DNA of 55,660 nt, from NCBI GenBank assembly GCA_018650165.1, contig JABIGM010000017.1:1-55660 (forward strand), in the 5' to 3' direction. The number at the start of each line of letters is the position of its first letter. Position 1 is the stretch's first letter. Of the stretch, positions 39,554-49,138 are shown in pieces. Under the pieces are notes generated by a model that was not told the DNA's origin, made no database searches, and worked only from the letters and a program-made list of their open reading frames with translations. Position numbers and translations under genes: made by a program. Origin of the DNA: Methanobacteriota archaeon. GTDB lineage: Archaea > Thermoplasmatota > Poseidoniia > Poseidoniales > Poseidoniaceae.

Positions 39554-40579
39554 ATGAGTGCTTTCATCTTACCCAAACCTGGTGAGTGGGATGGCGAGCA
39601 TCGCCCATTATTTCTTGCACCAATGTCGGGAGTAACCGATTTGGCCTACAGGCTCCTTGCAAAAGAGTGTGGGGCGGATTTCACAATTACAGAATTTACC
39701 AATTCGACAGCATTGACTCGAGATGCGGCGACTTCATGGAAAAAAATGGAAACATGCGATGCAGAGAATCCATTTATCCCCCAAATTTTTGGTGGAGTAA
39801 TAGATGATATGGCTTTAGCCGCAGAATTACTATCTGATAGTGCAGATATTATCGACCTAAATTTTGGTTGCCCAGCACCTAAAATAACAAAAATTTGTGC
39901 GGGTGCTGCTCTAATGGGCGACCCACAAAACCTAGTCTCAATGTGCGAAGAGGTAGTCGATCGAGTTGACATTCCAGTTACTGCAAAGATGCGTTTAGGG
40001 ACAGGACAAGGCGAAATTAATGCCAAAGAAATCTGTCAAGAACTTGAACAAGTTGGAATTCAACGGCTATGCGTTCATGGTAGAACACTTAGACAGAGAT
40101 ATTCAGGTGTTGCAGATTGGGATTACATTACTAGTGTAGTAGAATCGGTTGAACTACCCGTTATTGCTAATGGGGATGTAGTTGATTCAGATTCTGCTAG
40201 AGCGTGTCTAAGCCAAACTAACGCTGCTGGTTTGATGGTCGGTAGAGGTGCTATTGGCCGGCCTTCGGTGTTTGGGGAAATCAAAGTAGGGTTGGGCTGG
40301 ATGGAGGAAGAAGAACTACCTTGGATCGCAGCCCATGAAGGGGACTGGAAAGATCTCTCAGATGTAGCAAAACAATTTGCAACCCGCCGATGGTGTTGGA
40401 ACCGTTATATCGAATTAGCAAGAGAGACGACTGGCCTTGAATTGAAGTCGATGCGCGGCCATGCGGTATCGTTCACTAAAGGATTGCCAAGTGCCAAGAA
40501 AATACGCAATATCATGCATGGTAAGACTAGCAAGGAAGAATTTGCAGCGGCTACTAGTAATTTTCTAGCATCCAACTGA
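39554..40579 (+). CDS. dus: tRNA-dihydrouridine synthase (Dus)
   Basis: LAPMSGVTD, IDLNFGCP, VHGRT, PVIANGDV, MVGRGAIGRP motifs. Confidence 0.93.
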   Translation: MSAFILPKPGEWDGEHRPLFLAPMSGVTDLAYRLLAKECGADFTITEFTNSTALTRDAATSWKKMETCDAENPFIPQIFGGVIDDMALAAELLSDSADIIDLNFGCPAPKITKICAGAALMGDPQNLVSMCEEVVDRVDIPVTAKMRLGTGQGEINAKEICQELEQVGIQRLCVHGRTLRQRYSGVADWDYITSVVESVELPVIANGDVVDSDSARACLSQTNAAGLMVGRGAIGRPSVFGEIKVGLGWMEEEELPWIAAHEGDWKDLSDVAKQFATRRWCWNRYIELARETTGLELKSMRGHAVSFTKGLPSAKKIRNIMHGKTSKEEFAAATSNFLASN

Positions 40580-40598
40580 TATGGGTGCCTGCGGTGAG

Positions 40599-40604
40599 TT
40601 TAAA
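40599..40604 (+). promoter_or_regulatory. TATA box (likely leaderless transcript)
   Basis: TTTAAA ending about 24 nt before ATG 40628; no SD present. Confidence 0.5.
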
Positions 40605-40627
40605 CGCCACCCTCCAATCCCAAAATC

Positions 40628-40975
40628 ATGTCAATCATAGCAGCATACAACGAAGCCTGGGATACTGGAAACACCGAGGCTCTCGCAGAAATTCTCCACG
40701 ATGAATTCGTCTTCAACCCTCACGTCGGTGGTATCACCATGGGTAAGTCCGATGTTTTGGCTTTCGCTGGTAACAACGCACCAAGCTCGGAAAACAACAG
40801 GGTCCTCTTCGAAAATAATGAAGTCGGTGTCGCCCATTCAATTGTGCACTTTGCCAACGGTTCAACCTCTGAAGCCGTGTTGTCGTTCCTCCAATTCAAG
40901 GATGGTAAAATCATCTCAATGGAAACCGGTGCAACGCCACTCTCTGACGATTACAAACTCGTCGGAAGCGAGTGA
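40628..40975 (+). CDS. SnoaL/NTF2-like family protein
   Basis: AYNEAWDTGNTEALAEILHDEF N-terminal pattern followed by beta strands; 115 aa. Confidence 0.8.
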   Translation: MSIIAAYNEAWDTGNTEALAEILHDEFVFNPHVGGITMGKSDVLAFAGNNAPSSENNRVLFENNEVGVAHSIVHFANGSTSEAVLSFLQFKDGKIISMETGATPLSDDYKLVGSE

Positions 40976-41007
40976 TTCCGCATTAGAACAGAAACCCTCA
41001 AATTACG

Positions 41008-41847
41008 ATGGTAGTAACTTGCTTCGTGGAAGAGGCGTCCAATACCAAAACCGGTCGTGCAACCGGTGCAAGTTACCTCTACAATAGTGAGGGGGAAATC
41101 GCGAAAGATAGGAGCAACGACCTTATCTCAGCGCTTACGGAAATTGGCTGGAATCTCTTATCTCCACTACAAATCGAGGCCTGTCCGCTGGGACTCAGTA
41201 ATAGCAATTACAAAATATCCTGCGGCGATGATGGCCCCCTTCTTCTGAAGGTGTTCGGGCCTACCGTCGGTAATACCAACCCTGATGAGAAACACATTCA
41301 GGATTGTGGATTCGGTGCAAAGGTGGTTCATCGGCTTGGATGGGGCCGACTTGAGATGTGGTTATCAGGCAGGGCGATGCGGCGCGATGATTGTGACAAT
41401 AGTCAGATATTAGCGGAACTAGCCAATGAATTACGCCGCTTGCATACGGTTACTGGTCGAAATCATAATGACCTAAATTTCACCAATATTCTGGTATCCT
41501 ACAGCCTAGATGTTGCCACCACTCACCTTCTCGACTTCGAATACGCCGGTCCTCTCGATGCACCCTTCGATGTTGCCAACTTCTTCTGTGAGTGGATGTA
41601 TGACCACGAATCTAGCCGCTGGTTTGAACCAGATTCTACATTATTCCCGCCCGAGGAACAGGCGCGTTCCTTCATTGCACAGTATTTGGAAATCACCGAT
41701 AGCGCTAGTAGTGAAGTATCGTCATTTCTGAAGGAGGTCCAAGTTAGAATTCCGCATGTACATACATACTGGATTGACTGGGCGATGAATAACTTCTCAG
41801 ATCGCAACGAATACGTGCAATACGCAGAATTACGGCAACTCCTCTAA
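41008..41847 (+). CDS. choline/ethanolamine kinase-like phosphotransferase
   Basis: GLSN, LLLKVFGP, Brenner motif HNDLNFTNIL, choline-kinase motif LDFEYAG...FDVANFFCEW; start uncertain. Confidence 0.8.
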   Translation: MVVTCFVEEASNTKTGRATGASYLYNSEGEIAKDRSNDLISALTEIGWNLLSPLQIEACPLGLSNSNYKISCGDDGPLLLKVFGPTVGNTNPDEKHIQDCGFGAKVVHRLGWGRLEMWLSGRAMRRDDCDNSQILAELANELRRLHTVTGRNHNDLNFTNILVSYSLDVATTHLLDFEYAGPLDAPFDVANFFCEWMYDHESSRWFEPDSTLFPPEEQARSFIAQYLEITDSASSEVSSFLKEVQVRIPHVHTYWIDWAMNNFSDRNEYVQYAELRQLL

Positions 41848-41873
41848 GATTAGGGCACAATAAATTACTTTAT

Positions 41874-42428
41874 TCAACGATTTAGATGTTTTTTTGAAAT
41901 GAGATTTACCAAACCAAAAAGCAACGTTAATCCAAATAATCCTCCGGAAATAGATAGGCCAAACATGCAAACAGCACCTGCGGCCATACCTGAGCCAAGT
42001 TGTCCATCAGCATTATCATTACCAGTTCCACTAACTATTAAGGCGATAATAATTGTAAGGATTAAAACACCGACTGATGAATAGAATCCAATTGCACCCA
42101 ACCCTAAATTCCACGCTGGTTTTACATTGAATTTCTTGTTACACCGGGGGCATATCAAATTACCAAAATAATCGGGTGGGTATTTTAGTTTCGTTCCGCA
42201 AAACGGACAATTAGTTTCTATCTTTTCAGTAGATTTCTCAATTTGAATTTGTTTAGGTTTTTCTATACTTACCGTCACAGTATTTTCTTCTTCATCTATG
42301 ACTAAAAATTCCTCTGGGGGCTCCTCAAGGCGAGATATAAGATCGGATTTTTTACCCGAAACAGCGAGACCTTGCTCTCTTAGAAGATTTTTTAATTCAA
42401 CTACGGTTAATGAATTGAAATCTCCCAT
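41874..42428 (-). CDS. SAP-domain / zinc-ribbon / 2-TM membrane protein
   Basis: LTVVELKNLLREQGLAVSGKKSDLISRL (SAP); CPFC..CPRC; two C-terminal TM helices. Confidence 0.8.
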   Translation of the reverse strand: MGDFNSLTVVELKNLLREQGLAVSGKKSDLISRLEEPPEEFLVIDEEENTVTVSIEKPKQIQIEKSTEKIETNCPFCGTKLKYPPDYFGNLICPRCNKKFNVKPAWNLGLGAIGFYSSVGVLILTIIIALIVSGTGNDNADGQLGSGMAAGAVCMFGLSISGGLFGLTLLFGLVNLISKKHLNR

Positions 42429-42429
42429 A

Positions 42430-43566
42430 TCATGATGAGTTATGTGAACCGGATAAAGTTTGAGGGGGATTAATATCGGACATCGTATTTTCTAATAATT
42501 CACCAACCTTTTCAATTCGGCGAAGGATTCTATCTAAATCATCGATTGATTTTCTCTTTAGCATTGGTAAATCCATTCCAACTAATCTGTGTCCAAGGGG
42601 CAAGCGTCCTCCAAGTAAGTTGAGAAGGAGCATCTGAACTTTTGGTTTCATCCCTTTGAGGGCCTTTGCGATTAATTCAGGAGTGCAATTACCTTTCTTT
42701 AGGTTCTTGAGAAGTGAATTGGGAACAGAAAGGCGCTCAAATCCACCTTTCTTTAGCATCCAGTCTTCTCCCCTTCGCATATGCTGCGAAGTCATTGCAG
42801 ACCAAAGTGCAGTAGATAGGCGGTCGGTTCTAGCCACGCGCTCTACAAGCCCCGTCGTTCGGAACCTTTCCATAATCCTTCCAACCCTTGGCTTTGCTCC
42901 TTTCAATTCTTTAGCTGCCTCGTCTATTGAAATCGGCGGGCCCGAATTTAGTAACATTTCGAATATTTTTACTGATAGAGATTCTGAATGTATTTCCTTT
43001 CCAGGGCGTTCTCCAAGAAGCCCCATGTCTGCCATAAAACGTGAAAGTTCATTTTCACCATCCTCCAAAGGACCCCACTCTTTGATTCTAATCAAAGCAC
43101 TCGGCTTTCCATCTGGAGGCAACTCAATTGCCATTGCAACTTTCTTGCCACGATTCCAAACCTCATCAAGAAGTTCTAATCGTTGCGAGTGGATTAATTG
43201 TGCCCGATTTTTCATACTCGAAACCGCTTTGATAATCGAGCCACCAACGAGATAGTAAGACCTCCAGCCTTTACCCGATGATGTTGAAACTAGGCCTGCT
43301 GATACCAACCTAGCAAAATGATGGTGGATTGCCGCAGGAGTAAGGCCAAGCTCTTCTGCTAATTCACGAGTTTCATAGCCACGGCTTGGGTCAGTAAACA
43401 GATGTTCTGCTAGTATTCTGTGAATTGGAGAAAAAGTACCATCATCGGATGCAGATTCCTCACGGCGTCTATGTAAGCATAGAGTATCAATGATCCATGA
43501 AATTAGATTGTCTCTGTCCTTCTTGCTCGCAGGCAAGGGGATTTCATCGAGACGTAAATCGAACAT
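42430..43566 (-). CDS. tandem winged-HTH transcriptional regulator
   Basis: TRELAEELGLTPAAIHHHFARLVSAGLV and SIDEAAKEL...ERFRTTGLVER; start taken as ATG 43566. Confidence 0.75.
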   Translation of the reverse strand: MFDLRLDEIPLPASKKDRDNLISWIIDTLCLHRRREESASDDGTFSPIHRILAEHLFTDPSRGYETRELAEELGLTPAAIHHHFARLVSAGLVSTSSGKGWRSYYLVGGSIIKAVSSMKNRAQLIHSQRLELLDEVWNRGKKVAMAIELPPDGKPSALIRIKEWGPLEDGENELSRFMADMGLLGERPGKEIHSESLSVKIFEMLLNSGPPISIDEAAKELKGAKPRVGRIMERFRTTGLVERVARTDRLSTALWSAMTSQHMRRGEDWMLKKGGFERLSVPNSLLKNLKKGNCTPELIAKALKGMKPKVQMLLLNLLGGRLPLGHRLVGMDLPMLKRKSIDDLDRILRRIEKVGELLENTMSDINPPQTLSGSHNSS

Positions 43567-43635
43567 AAGGACAACCGGTTGACGAGAGGTCTTGAACAAT
43601 GCGCATCTAACGCCGCTCAAGAGACGATTATCGAA

Positions 43636-44283
43636 TCAGCGTCTTTCATCCGACCACTCGTAATCAAGTGCGCGAGAACTCTGCCATTCTTCAGCATCGA
43701 TGAGGTGTGGTGCCATTTCAATTCTGTCTTCACGCATAATTCCGCGACGTCGTAATACTTTGATCGCTGAGTGGACAGTAGCTCGAGAACGCCCAATCCT
43801 TCTAGCAAGAGATGCCTGAGAACGAGGGATTCCGTTAATTCTGATATCGTCGATGATAGTTCTCTGAACAAGGGAAAGACCAATCGGCATTTTACTAGCG
43901 GCTTCACTTTCTCCGACATTCATCCCTCTTAGGACTTCAACTTGGGTTGGAGCTCCTGCAAAATAGCAGGTTCGTCCATTGACTGAAATTATTGTAATCG
44001 ACTTACGGCCGGTTAGTACATCCAGATGATGTCGCAGAGTTCCATTTGCTGCCGATAGATTCGACTGTAACTCACGGTAACAAAGCCCGGGGCTCTTTTC
44101 TAGAGTGCGAAGGATCCTGCGGCGTAATGGATGCTCAAACTCACCAACCTTTGCATCAACACTTCCTCTGGAAAATGCGAAGGCAGAGAGGCTTGAGCCC
44201 AAACCAACTAAACCACCAGTGGCACCAACAATTCCCGCGGCTAGCCACGGGCGTTGAGATATCCACTGTTTCAGAAGCGCCAT
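43636..44283 (-). CDS. wHTH regulator with N-terminal hydrophobic segment
   Basis: PGLCYRELQSNLSAANGTLRHHLDVL and SQASLARRIGRSRATVHSAIKVL. Confidence 0.75.
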   Translation of the reverse strand: MALLKQWISQRPWLAAGIVGATGGLVGLGSSLSAFAFSRGSVDAKVGEFEHPLRRRILRTLEKSPGLCYRELQSNLSAANGTLRHHLDVLTGRKSITIISVNGRTCYFAGAPTQVEVLRGMNVGESEAASKMPIGLSLVQRTIIDDIRINGIPRSQASLARRIGRSRATVHSAIKVLRRRGIMREDRIEMAPHLIDAEEWQSSRALDYEWSDERR

Positions 44284-44333
44284 AGAATATATTCATCGCT
44301 ACTCATTTGTAATGGATTCGGTTAGTTGAATCA

Positions 44334-44789
44334 TTACTTTTTCTTCATTGAACCATTGCAAATCTTGAGATGTGCAACAAATGGTGATAGTAGTCTTCCA
44401 CAAGTAATTCCGTGTTCCGAAAGGATATATTCCACTCGAATGGGAGGGCCATCATCGACTTGGCGAATTACAAGTCCTTCTTCGACTAGCAACCTCAATT
44501 TATCGGATAAGGTACGACTTGAGATACCCGATAGTAATGTTTTGAGTTGATTGAACCTTCTTGGTCCAGCGATGTAAAGAGTCGACAGTATTTCGATTGT
44601 CCATCTGCTACCAAACACATGGAGTGCTTCGACAGCAGCCGCGACTTCCCAATCTGTATTCCAAGGACCTCCAGATGAATGCTTGGCAAGGACTGAACGG
44701 ATATGCTTACCATTGTTCACCGTGTTATCAATATGCGTCTCTAAATCGTTAAAGACATCATCTGGGAGAGTCAATGGTGGGTCGGGCAT
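44334..44789 (-). CDS. HxlR-family transcriptional regulator
   Basis: SRWTIEIL, RFNQL, GISSRTLSDKLRLL, PPIRVEYILSEHG motifs; start may extend to 44843. Confidence 0.88.
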   Translation of the reverse strand: MPDPPLTLPDDVFNDLETHIDNTVNNGKHIRSVLAKHSSGGPWNTDWEVAAAVEALHVFGSRWTIEILSTLYIAGPRRFNQLKTLLSGISSRTLSDKLRLLVEEGLVIRQVDDGPPIRVEYILSEHGITCGRLLSPFVAHLKICNGSMKKK

Positions 44790-44839
44790 GATACCTGTAA
44801 GAGGTGTCTGAAATAAAACATAGTGTAACTCTAACACCA

Positions 44840-46897
44840 TCAAGAGTTCAGATATGTCGGTTTTCTACCCTCAATTAGTGCACTTAAACCTTCGAGCGCA
44901 TCATCGGTAGAAAATATCTTTTCGAGATTTTCTAACTCTTTGGATAGTCCCTGTGAAAGACTGAAATTACCGGCGATATCAATTAATTCACTAGCGAGTA
45001 AAAGTGCGATTGGAGCAGTTCTTGACAAGGATTTAATTTGTCTTGAAATATTTCTATCCTCAATATCAAACCCATCTGGGCAATTTCCAGACAAGATTGT
45101 TCCTAAGTTAGAATCGGAGTAGAACGATTCAGCAAAAATAGCAACTTTTGATTCAGGGTTTGCTGGTGCACCGGGGTATTTATTTCCGGGTTTACCTGTA
45201 ACATCAAGTGAACTGATTGTAGAATCAACTTCTGCAATATCTACTAGATGAGTTACAAGCCCGAGGTCAGCTGCACTCTTAGCATCCATGAAATTTCCAG
45301 CAAGAACAGCCCAGCGTGCTGCAGGGATTCCACAAATTCTAGCCGGGCGTTGAGTTCCACCTAAGCCAGGGAAAATACCGATGCTAGTTTCAGGAAATCG
45401 GAATTGCGTTTTTCTTGTTCCAATTCTATAATCGCAAGCAAGGGCTAGTTCCAAACCACCACCAAGGGCGAGACCGGTAGTTAGAGCGATTGTGGTTTTC
45501 GAAGACGATTCAAGTTTGTCTTGTACCGCATGACCATTTGCTGTAAATTCGTAAATATCAGGGAATGAATTTGCACGAATCTTGTCGACGAAAAACTTGA
45601 CATCCGCTCCTGCAACGAATGCTTTACCTGCACCGTCAAGAACAATTGTTCTAACCGAATCATCTGAGTTTGCCAGATCTAGTACCCTTCCAAGTTGATT
45701 GACAACAGTCTCATTCAGTGCATTCATTGCCTCTGGTCTGTTAATTGTAACTGTAGCAATTCCATCGCTAATATTCAGGTCTACATAATTGAAGTCAAAT
45801 GGAGCATCTCTCATCCATATTTCAGGTACTGGGAAATCTGCAAGTTCGCAGTAATCTTCTGCCATTTCTTTGGCCTGAGTAATTCCAAGACGGTTGGCTA
45901 ATTCGAACGGTCCAAACGCCCAACGTAATCCGACCTTTGCTCCTCTATCTAAGTCTTCAAGTGAACAAATTTCTTCATCAATAATTTGTCCTGCTACAGC
46001 AAAGACCTGGCCTAATAACCGAACTTTAATGATATTTGCAGCCTCTTCACTACAATCGATATCTTCTCCAATATCCCATTGATTACCTGCTTCTACCATC
46101 TCCCTAAGATTCTCTGCACCAACATACCTTGGCGTCTCTAATTGTTCGGCTAGATAATCAGTTGAATGCAGAGCAATTGGAGGTCCTGTAAGATTCATCA
46201 ATGCAAATGGCCCCATGCCAATTTTGAATGCTTTCATTGCTACAGCATCGATGGCAGCAGCACTTGCAATGCCTTCCTGTAAGAGTAGACATGCTTCATT
46301 TAACCATGGCACGAAGAATCGATTCACTACGAAACCAGGGCGGTCTTTACACAAAATAACTACCTTGCCAAGCCCACGACAGTATTGTACAGTTCTAGCA
46401 ATTGTTTCAGCTGATGTATCATTACCCGGAATGACTTCTACCAATCGGTTTTTTGCTGGGTGATAGAAGAAATGTAGGCCCACAAAGCGGTCAGGTCTTC
46501 CCGAAGCCGCAGATAAGTCATTTACTGAAAGTGATGATGTATTGGAAGCAAGAATTGTGTTTTCCCCACATGCTTCATTCAATGTATTGAATACTGCAGT
46601 CTTGATATCGAAATCCTCGAATACGGCTTCGATTACTAGGTCTGTGTCTGGTGCGGTATTTTCAGTACCAATTACAGGAGTAATTCTACTTTGGATCTCT
46701 TCAACTTGTTGCGGAGAAAAGATACGTCGTTCAACAGCTTCTGAAAGGAAATCAGCAATAATTGATTGGCCACGTTCGACCCATTGAGCCTCACGGTCTA
46801 CCATTTGAACATCAAATTCTTCTTGAGCGGTTTTTTGGGCAATACCTGAACCCATGTTGCCTGCGCCGATGATTGCTACACTCTGTACTGGCTGCAT
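44840..46897 (-). CDS. 3-hydroxyacyl-CoA dehydrogenase / enoyl-CoA hydratase fusion (archaeal domain order)
   Basis: GAGNMGSG, VIEAVFED, SNTSSL, HFFYH, PGFVVNR; crotonase motifs AFVAGAD, GGGLELALACD, PGLGGTQR; SD GAGGTGG. Confidence 0.93.
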   Translation of the reverse strand: MQPVQSVAIIGAGNMGSGIAQKTAQEEFDVQMVDREAQWVERGQSIIADFLSEAVERRIFSPQQVEEIQSRITPVIGTENTAPDTDLVIEAVFEDFDIKTAVFNTLNEACGENTILASNTSSLSVNDLSAASGRPDRFVGLHFFYHPAKNRLVEVIPGNDTSAETIARTVQYCRGLGKVVILCKDRPGFVVNRFFVPWLNEACLLLQEGIASAAAIDAVAMKAFKIGMGPFALMNLTGPPIALHSTDYLAEQLETPRYVGAENLREMVEAGNQWDIGEDIDCSEEAANIIKVRLLGQVFAVAGQIIDEEICSLEDLDRGAKVGLRWAFGPFELANRLGITQAKEMAEDYCELADFPVPEIWMRDAPFDFNYVDLNISDGIATVTINRPEAMNALNETVVNQLGRVLDLANSDDSVRTIVLDGAGKAFVAGADVKFFVDKIRANSFPDIYEFTANGHAVQDKLESSSKTTIALTTGLALGGGLELALACDYRIGTRKTQFRFPETSIGIFPGLGGTQRPARICGIPAARWAVLAGNFMDAKSAADLGLVTHLVDIAEVDSTISSLDVTGKPGNKYPGAPANPESKVAIFAESFYSDSNLGTILSGNCPDGFDIEDRNISRQIKSLSRTAPIALLLASELIDIAGNFSLSQGLSKELENLEKIFSTDDALEGLSALIEGRKPTYLNS

Positions 46898-46949
46898 ATT
46901 ACCTGCCACCTCAAACCCCTCCATGAAGTCAACGGCGGAAAATCTGGAT

Positions 46950-48002
46950 TCAAAATAAGGAATCGTAGGCTTGTTGAAGTCGTTGCGCCCAATTTTGGAT
47001 TGAGAAATCTTCGGCACGTGTACGGACTGCTACGCTCTCATCTTCTAGTTCTAAAATAGCAGTTCTCCACATTTCGATATCATCAATCGGTAAGATATGA
47101 TGTTCTAGTGGAATTTCATTGTGTGCTGGGGCATCAGCCACTAACGCCACCGTTCCTGCTGCATACGCTTCTAGAGGTGGAAGACCAAAACCTTCAGCCA
47201 CTGAAGGGAACAGAAGCGCATCAGCGTGTTGTAATGCGGCAATCATCTCATCTTGTTCCAATCTACCTACCCAGTTTAGATTACAATTTTCTTGCTTTGC
47301 CAACTCAATCAATTCAGATTTAGATTCCGTTGAAGATTCCGCGCCTATCTTGTGGAGAGTGACATCCATTCCTCCACATACTTCGATTGCAAAATCAACT
47401 CTTTTTCGCTCTTCTTCACTACCTATCACAAGTAGGTTGCATCCTTTGCTAAACCACGAAGGACACTCGGTTTCTACATTGTAATCATCAAGTTTGATGG
47501 CATGTGGAATCCAAGTGGTAGGAACGCCGGGAAATCGCATCTCACATTCCTGTTGAGTATCTTTGGATACACAGACTAGTAAGTTTGCTCGAGCCAAACC
47601 TTTCCGAACTTTAGAGAGGTCTTTCTTTCGTAAAAGCGATGGCTTTTGTTCCCCAACAGCAATGCCATTTCTGGTGGAAGGAAATAGATGAAATAAATCA
47701 TGAACTGTTACAATTGTGTGTCCCGATATAGGAACCAGACCTGCCTGTTCTTGGTCTGTGATGTGGACTAGGTCATGCTTCAAAGATGATAACTTAACAG
47801 CGGACGGACCACTCTTCCACCTTCTCCACAATCGTTTAATCGGATTTTTACTAATCTTGTATTCATGGACATCTCCAACTTCATAGCCGGTAATTGTCCC
47901 AGAACGCAAGCGTTCTACAAGTGCTGCATGAGTTCCACCTAGGCCAGAGTGAGGCGATAATGCTCCTCCTCTTGCTAGCATAACCTTTCGCAAATTGTTC
48001 AC
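46950..48002 (-). CDS. glycosyltransferase family 4 (GT-B)
   Basis: TVHDL, FPSVAEGFGLPPLEA motifs. Confidence 0.88.
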   Translation of the reverse strand: MNNLRKVMLARGGALSPHSGLGGTHAALVERLRSGTITGYEVGDVHEYKISKNPIKRLWRRWKSGPSAVKLSSLKHDLVHITDQEQAGLVPISGHTIVTVHDLFHLFPSTRNGIAVGEQKPSLLRKKDLSKVRKGLARANLLVCVSKDTQQECEMRFPGVPTTWIPHAIKLDDYNVETECPSWFSKGCNLLVIGSEEERKRVDFAIEVCGGMDVTLHKIGAESSTESKSELIELAKQENCNLNWVGRLEQDEMIAALQHADALLFPSVAEGFGLPPLEAYAAGTVALVADAPAHNEIPLEHHILPIDDIEMWRTAILELEDESVAVRTRAEDFSIQNWAQRLQQAYDSLF

Positions 48003-48003
48003 C

Positions 48004-49005
48004 TCACCGAATGATTTTCAGATGCTTTATTGATTCAGCTATTCCAAGGTCTTCAGGGAAGAACATTGTTGCTTCGGGAATTGGAATTGGTACAATTTCA
48101 CGACCCACTAAAGCAACTCTACTCGGTGGGGAGTCGTCCAATAATTTACGGTCTGTCAATGGAGCCAAGGCATTTGAGAAATCAAGAATGTCTTCGTGGA
48201 ACGGCATATTTTCAGCAGTCAGGTTTTCTCGAGAATTACCTACGTGAACATACCCTTTACACTCAATCCAATCAGGGTCCGCTCTGTTATCGAGTGCAGC
48301 GTATTGAGGGATATGTTCAGGTTTCATATTACGTCCTTTAATCAGAGTATGCCTGCAGACGATTCTTGTATCTAGGCTTGGCAATAAATCAATTGTTTCA
48401 TCGAACTTATCCCATGCTGCGGAATTCCATTTTGGTCGACAAATCTCATCGAATACCTGCTTGTTTGGAGCATCGACTGATACATACAATTGTGTTGGTA
48501 AAGTATCGAGTCTCTCAAGCACTTTAGGAAGAGTCCCATTTGTGACTAGCATCGTTGTCATACCATGAGAATGACACAACTCGATGTATTCTGAAAGGCG
48601 AGTATAGAGGGTTGGCTCGCCATTAAGTGAAATAGCAACATGCTTGGGGTTTTGAGCATCTAGGAATTTTTCTTTAGGGACCTTAGGATTTCCTCCAAAT
48701 CCAGAAAGAAGTCTTCGCTGAGCCTTAACGGAATCATATAACATCTCGAGAGGGTCTTGGTCAGCCAACTCTAGAGTATCCATATGTGGCTCTCTCCAGC
48801 AGTATGAACAGGCTAGATTGCATTGGTCTACAACTGGGGACATTTGCATACAATTATGGCTTGCAATACCGTAGAATTTGCCCTTGTAGCATTGGCGGTC
48901 TCTGAGCAAAGATTCCTTAGTCCAATGGCAGATTTTTACCCCGCCATGTTCACCCACAATGTGGTATCGCTGCTTTTGCAACTTCGCCTTCAAGAGCGGG
49001 TCCAT
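48004..49005 (-). CDS. taw1: 4-demethylwyosine synthase Taw1/TYW1 (radical SAM)
   Basis: KICHWT, RQCYK, SHNCMQMSP, CNLACSYCWR, AISLNGEPTLY, KGYVHVG motifs. Confidence 0.95.
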   Translation of the reverse strand: MDPLLKAKLQKQRYHIVGEHGGVKICHWTKESLLRDRQCYKGKFYGIASHNCMQMSPVVDQCNLACSYCWREPHMDTLELADQDPLEMLYDSVKAQRRLLSGFGGNPKVPKEKFLDAQNPKHVAISLNGEPTLYTRLSEYIELCHSHGMTTMLVTNGTLPKVLERLDTLPTQLYVSVDAPNKQVFDEICRPKWNSAAWDKFDETIDLLPSLDTRIVCRHTLIKGRNMKPEHIPQYAALDNRADPDWIECKGYVHVGNSRENLTAENMPFHEDILDFSNALAPLTDRKLLDDSPPSRVALVGREIVPIPIPEATMFFPEDLGIAESIKHLKIIR

Positions 49006-49138
49006 CGTATATCGGACAAGTATTGCCGATTTAACCCCACGCTTGATGTGCAAGTAGTTCGTTCCCCCTTCATGGAGGAATCTGAAGAGGGCTGGTCTCC
49101 ACATTTACTAGGATTTATTCTACCTCTTCGCTTAAAAC

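Noticed and set aside
40580-42430. Mobile element or prophage at the compositionally variable site
   Set aside because: No integrase, transposase, terminal repeats or tRNA attachment site visible
46898-47017. Apparent 68-nt overlap between GT4 and the dehydrogenase fusion
   Set aside because: The true start is ATG 46897 with SD GAGGTGG, so there is no overlap
20-49005. An RNA-modification operon (trmH, rnz, dus, taw1, C/D sRNA)
   Set aside because: The genes are scattered on both strands among unrelated genes; ordinary core-genome dispersion
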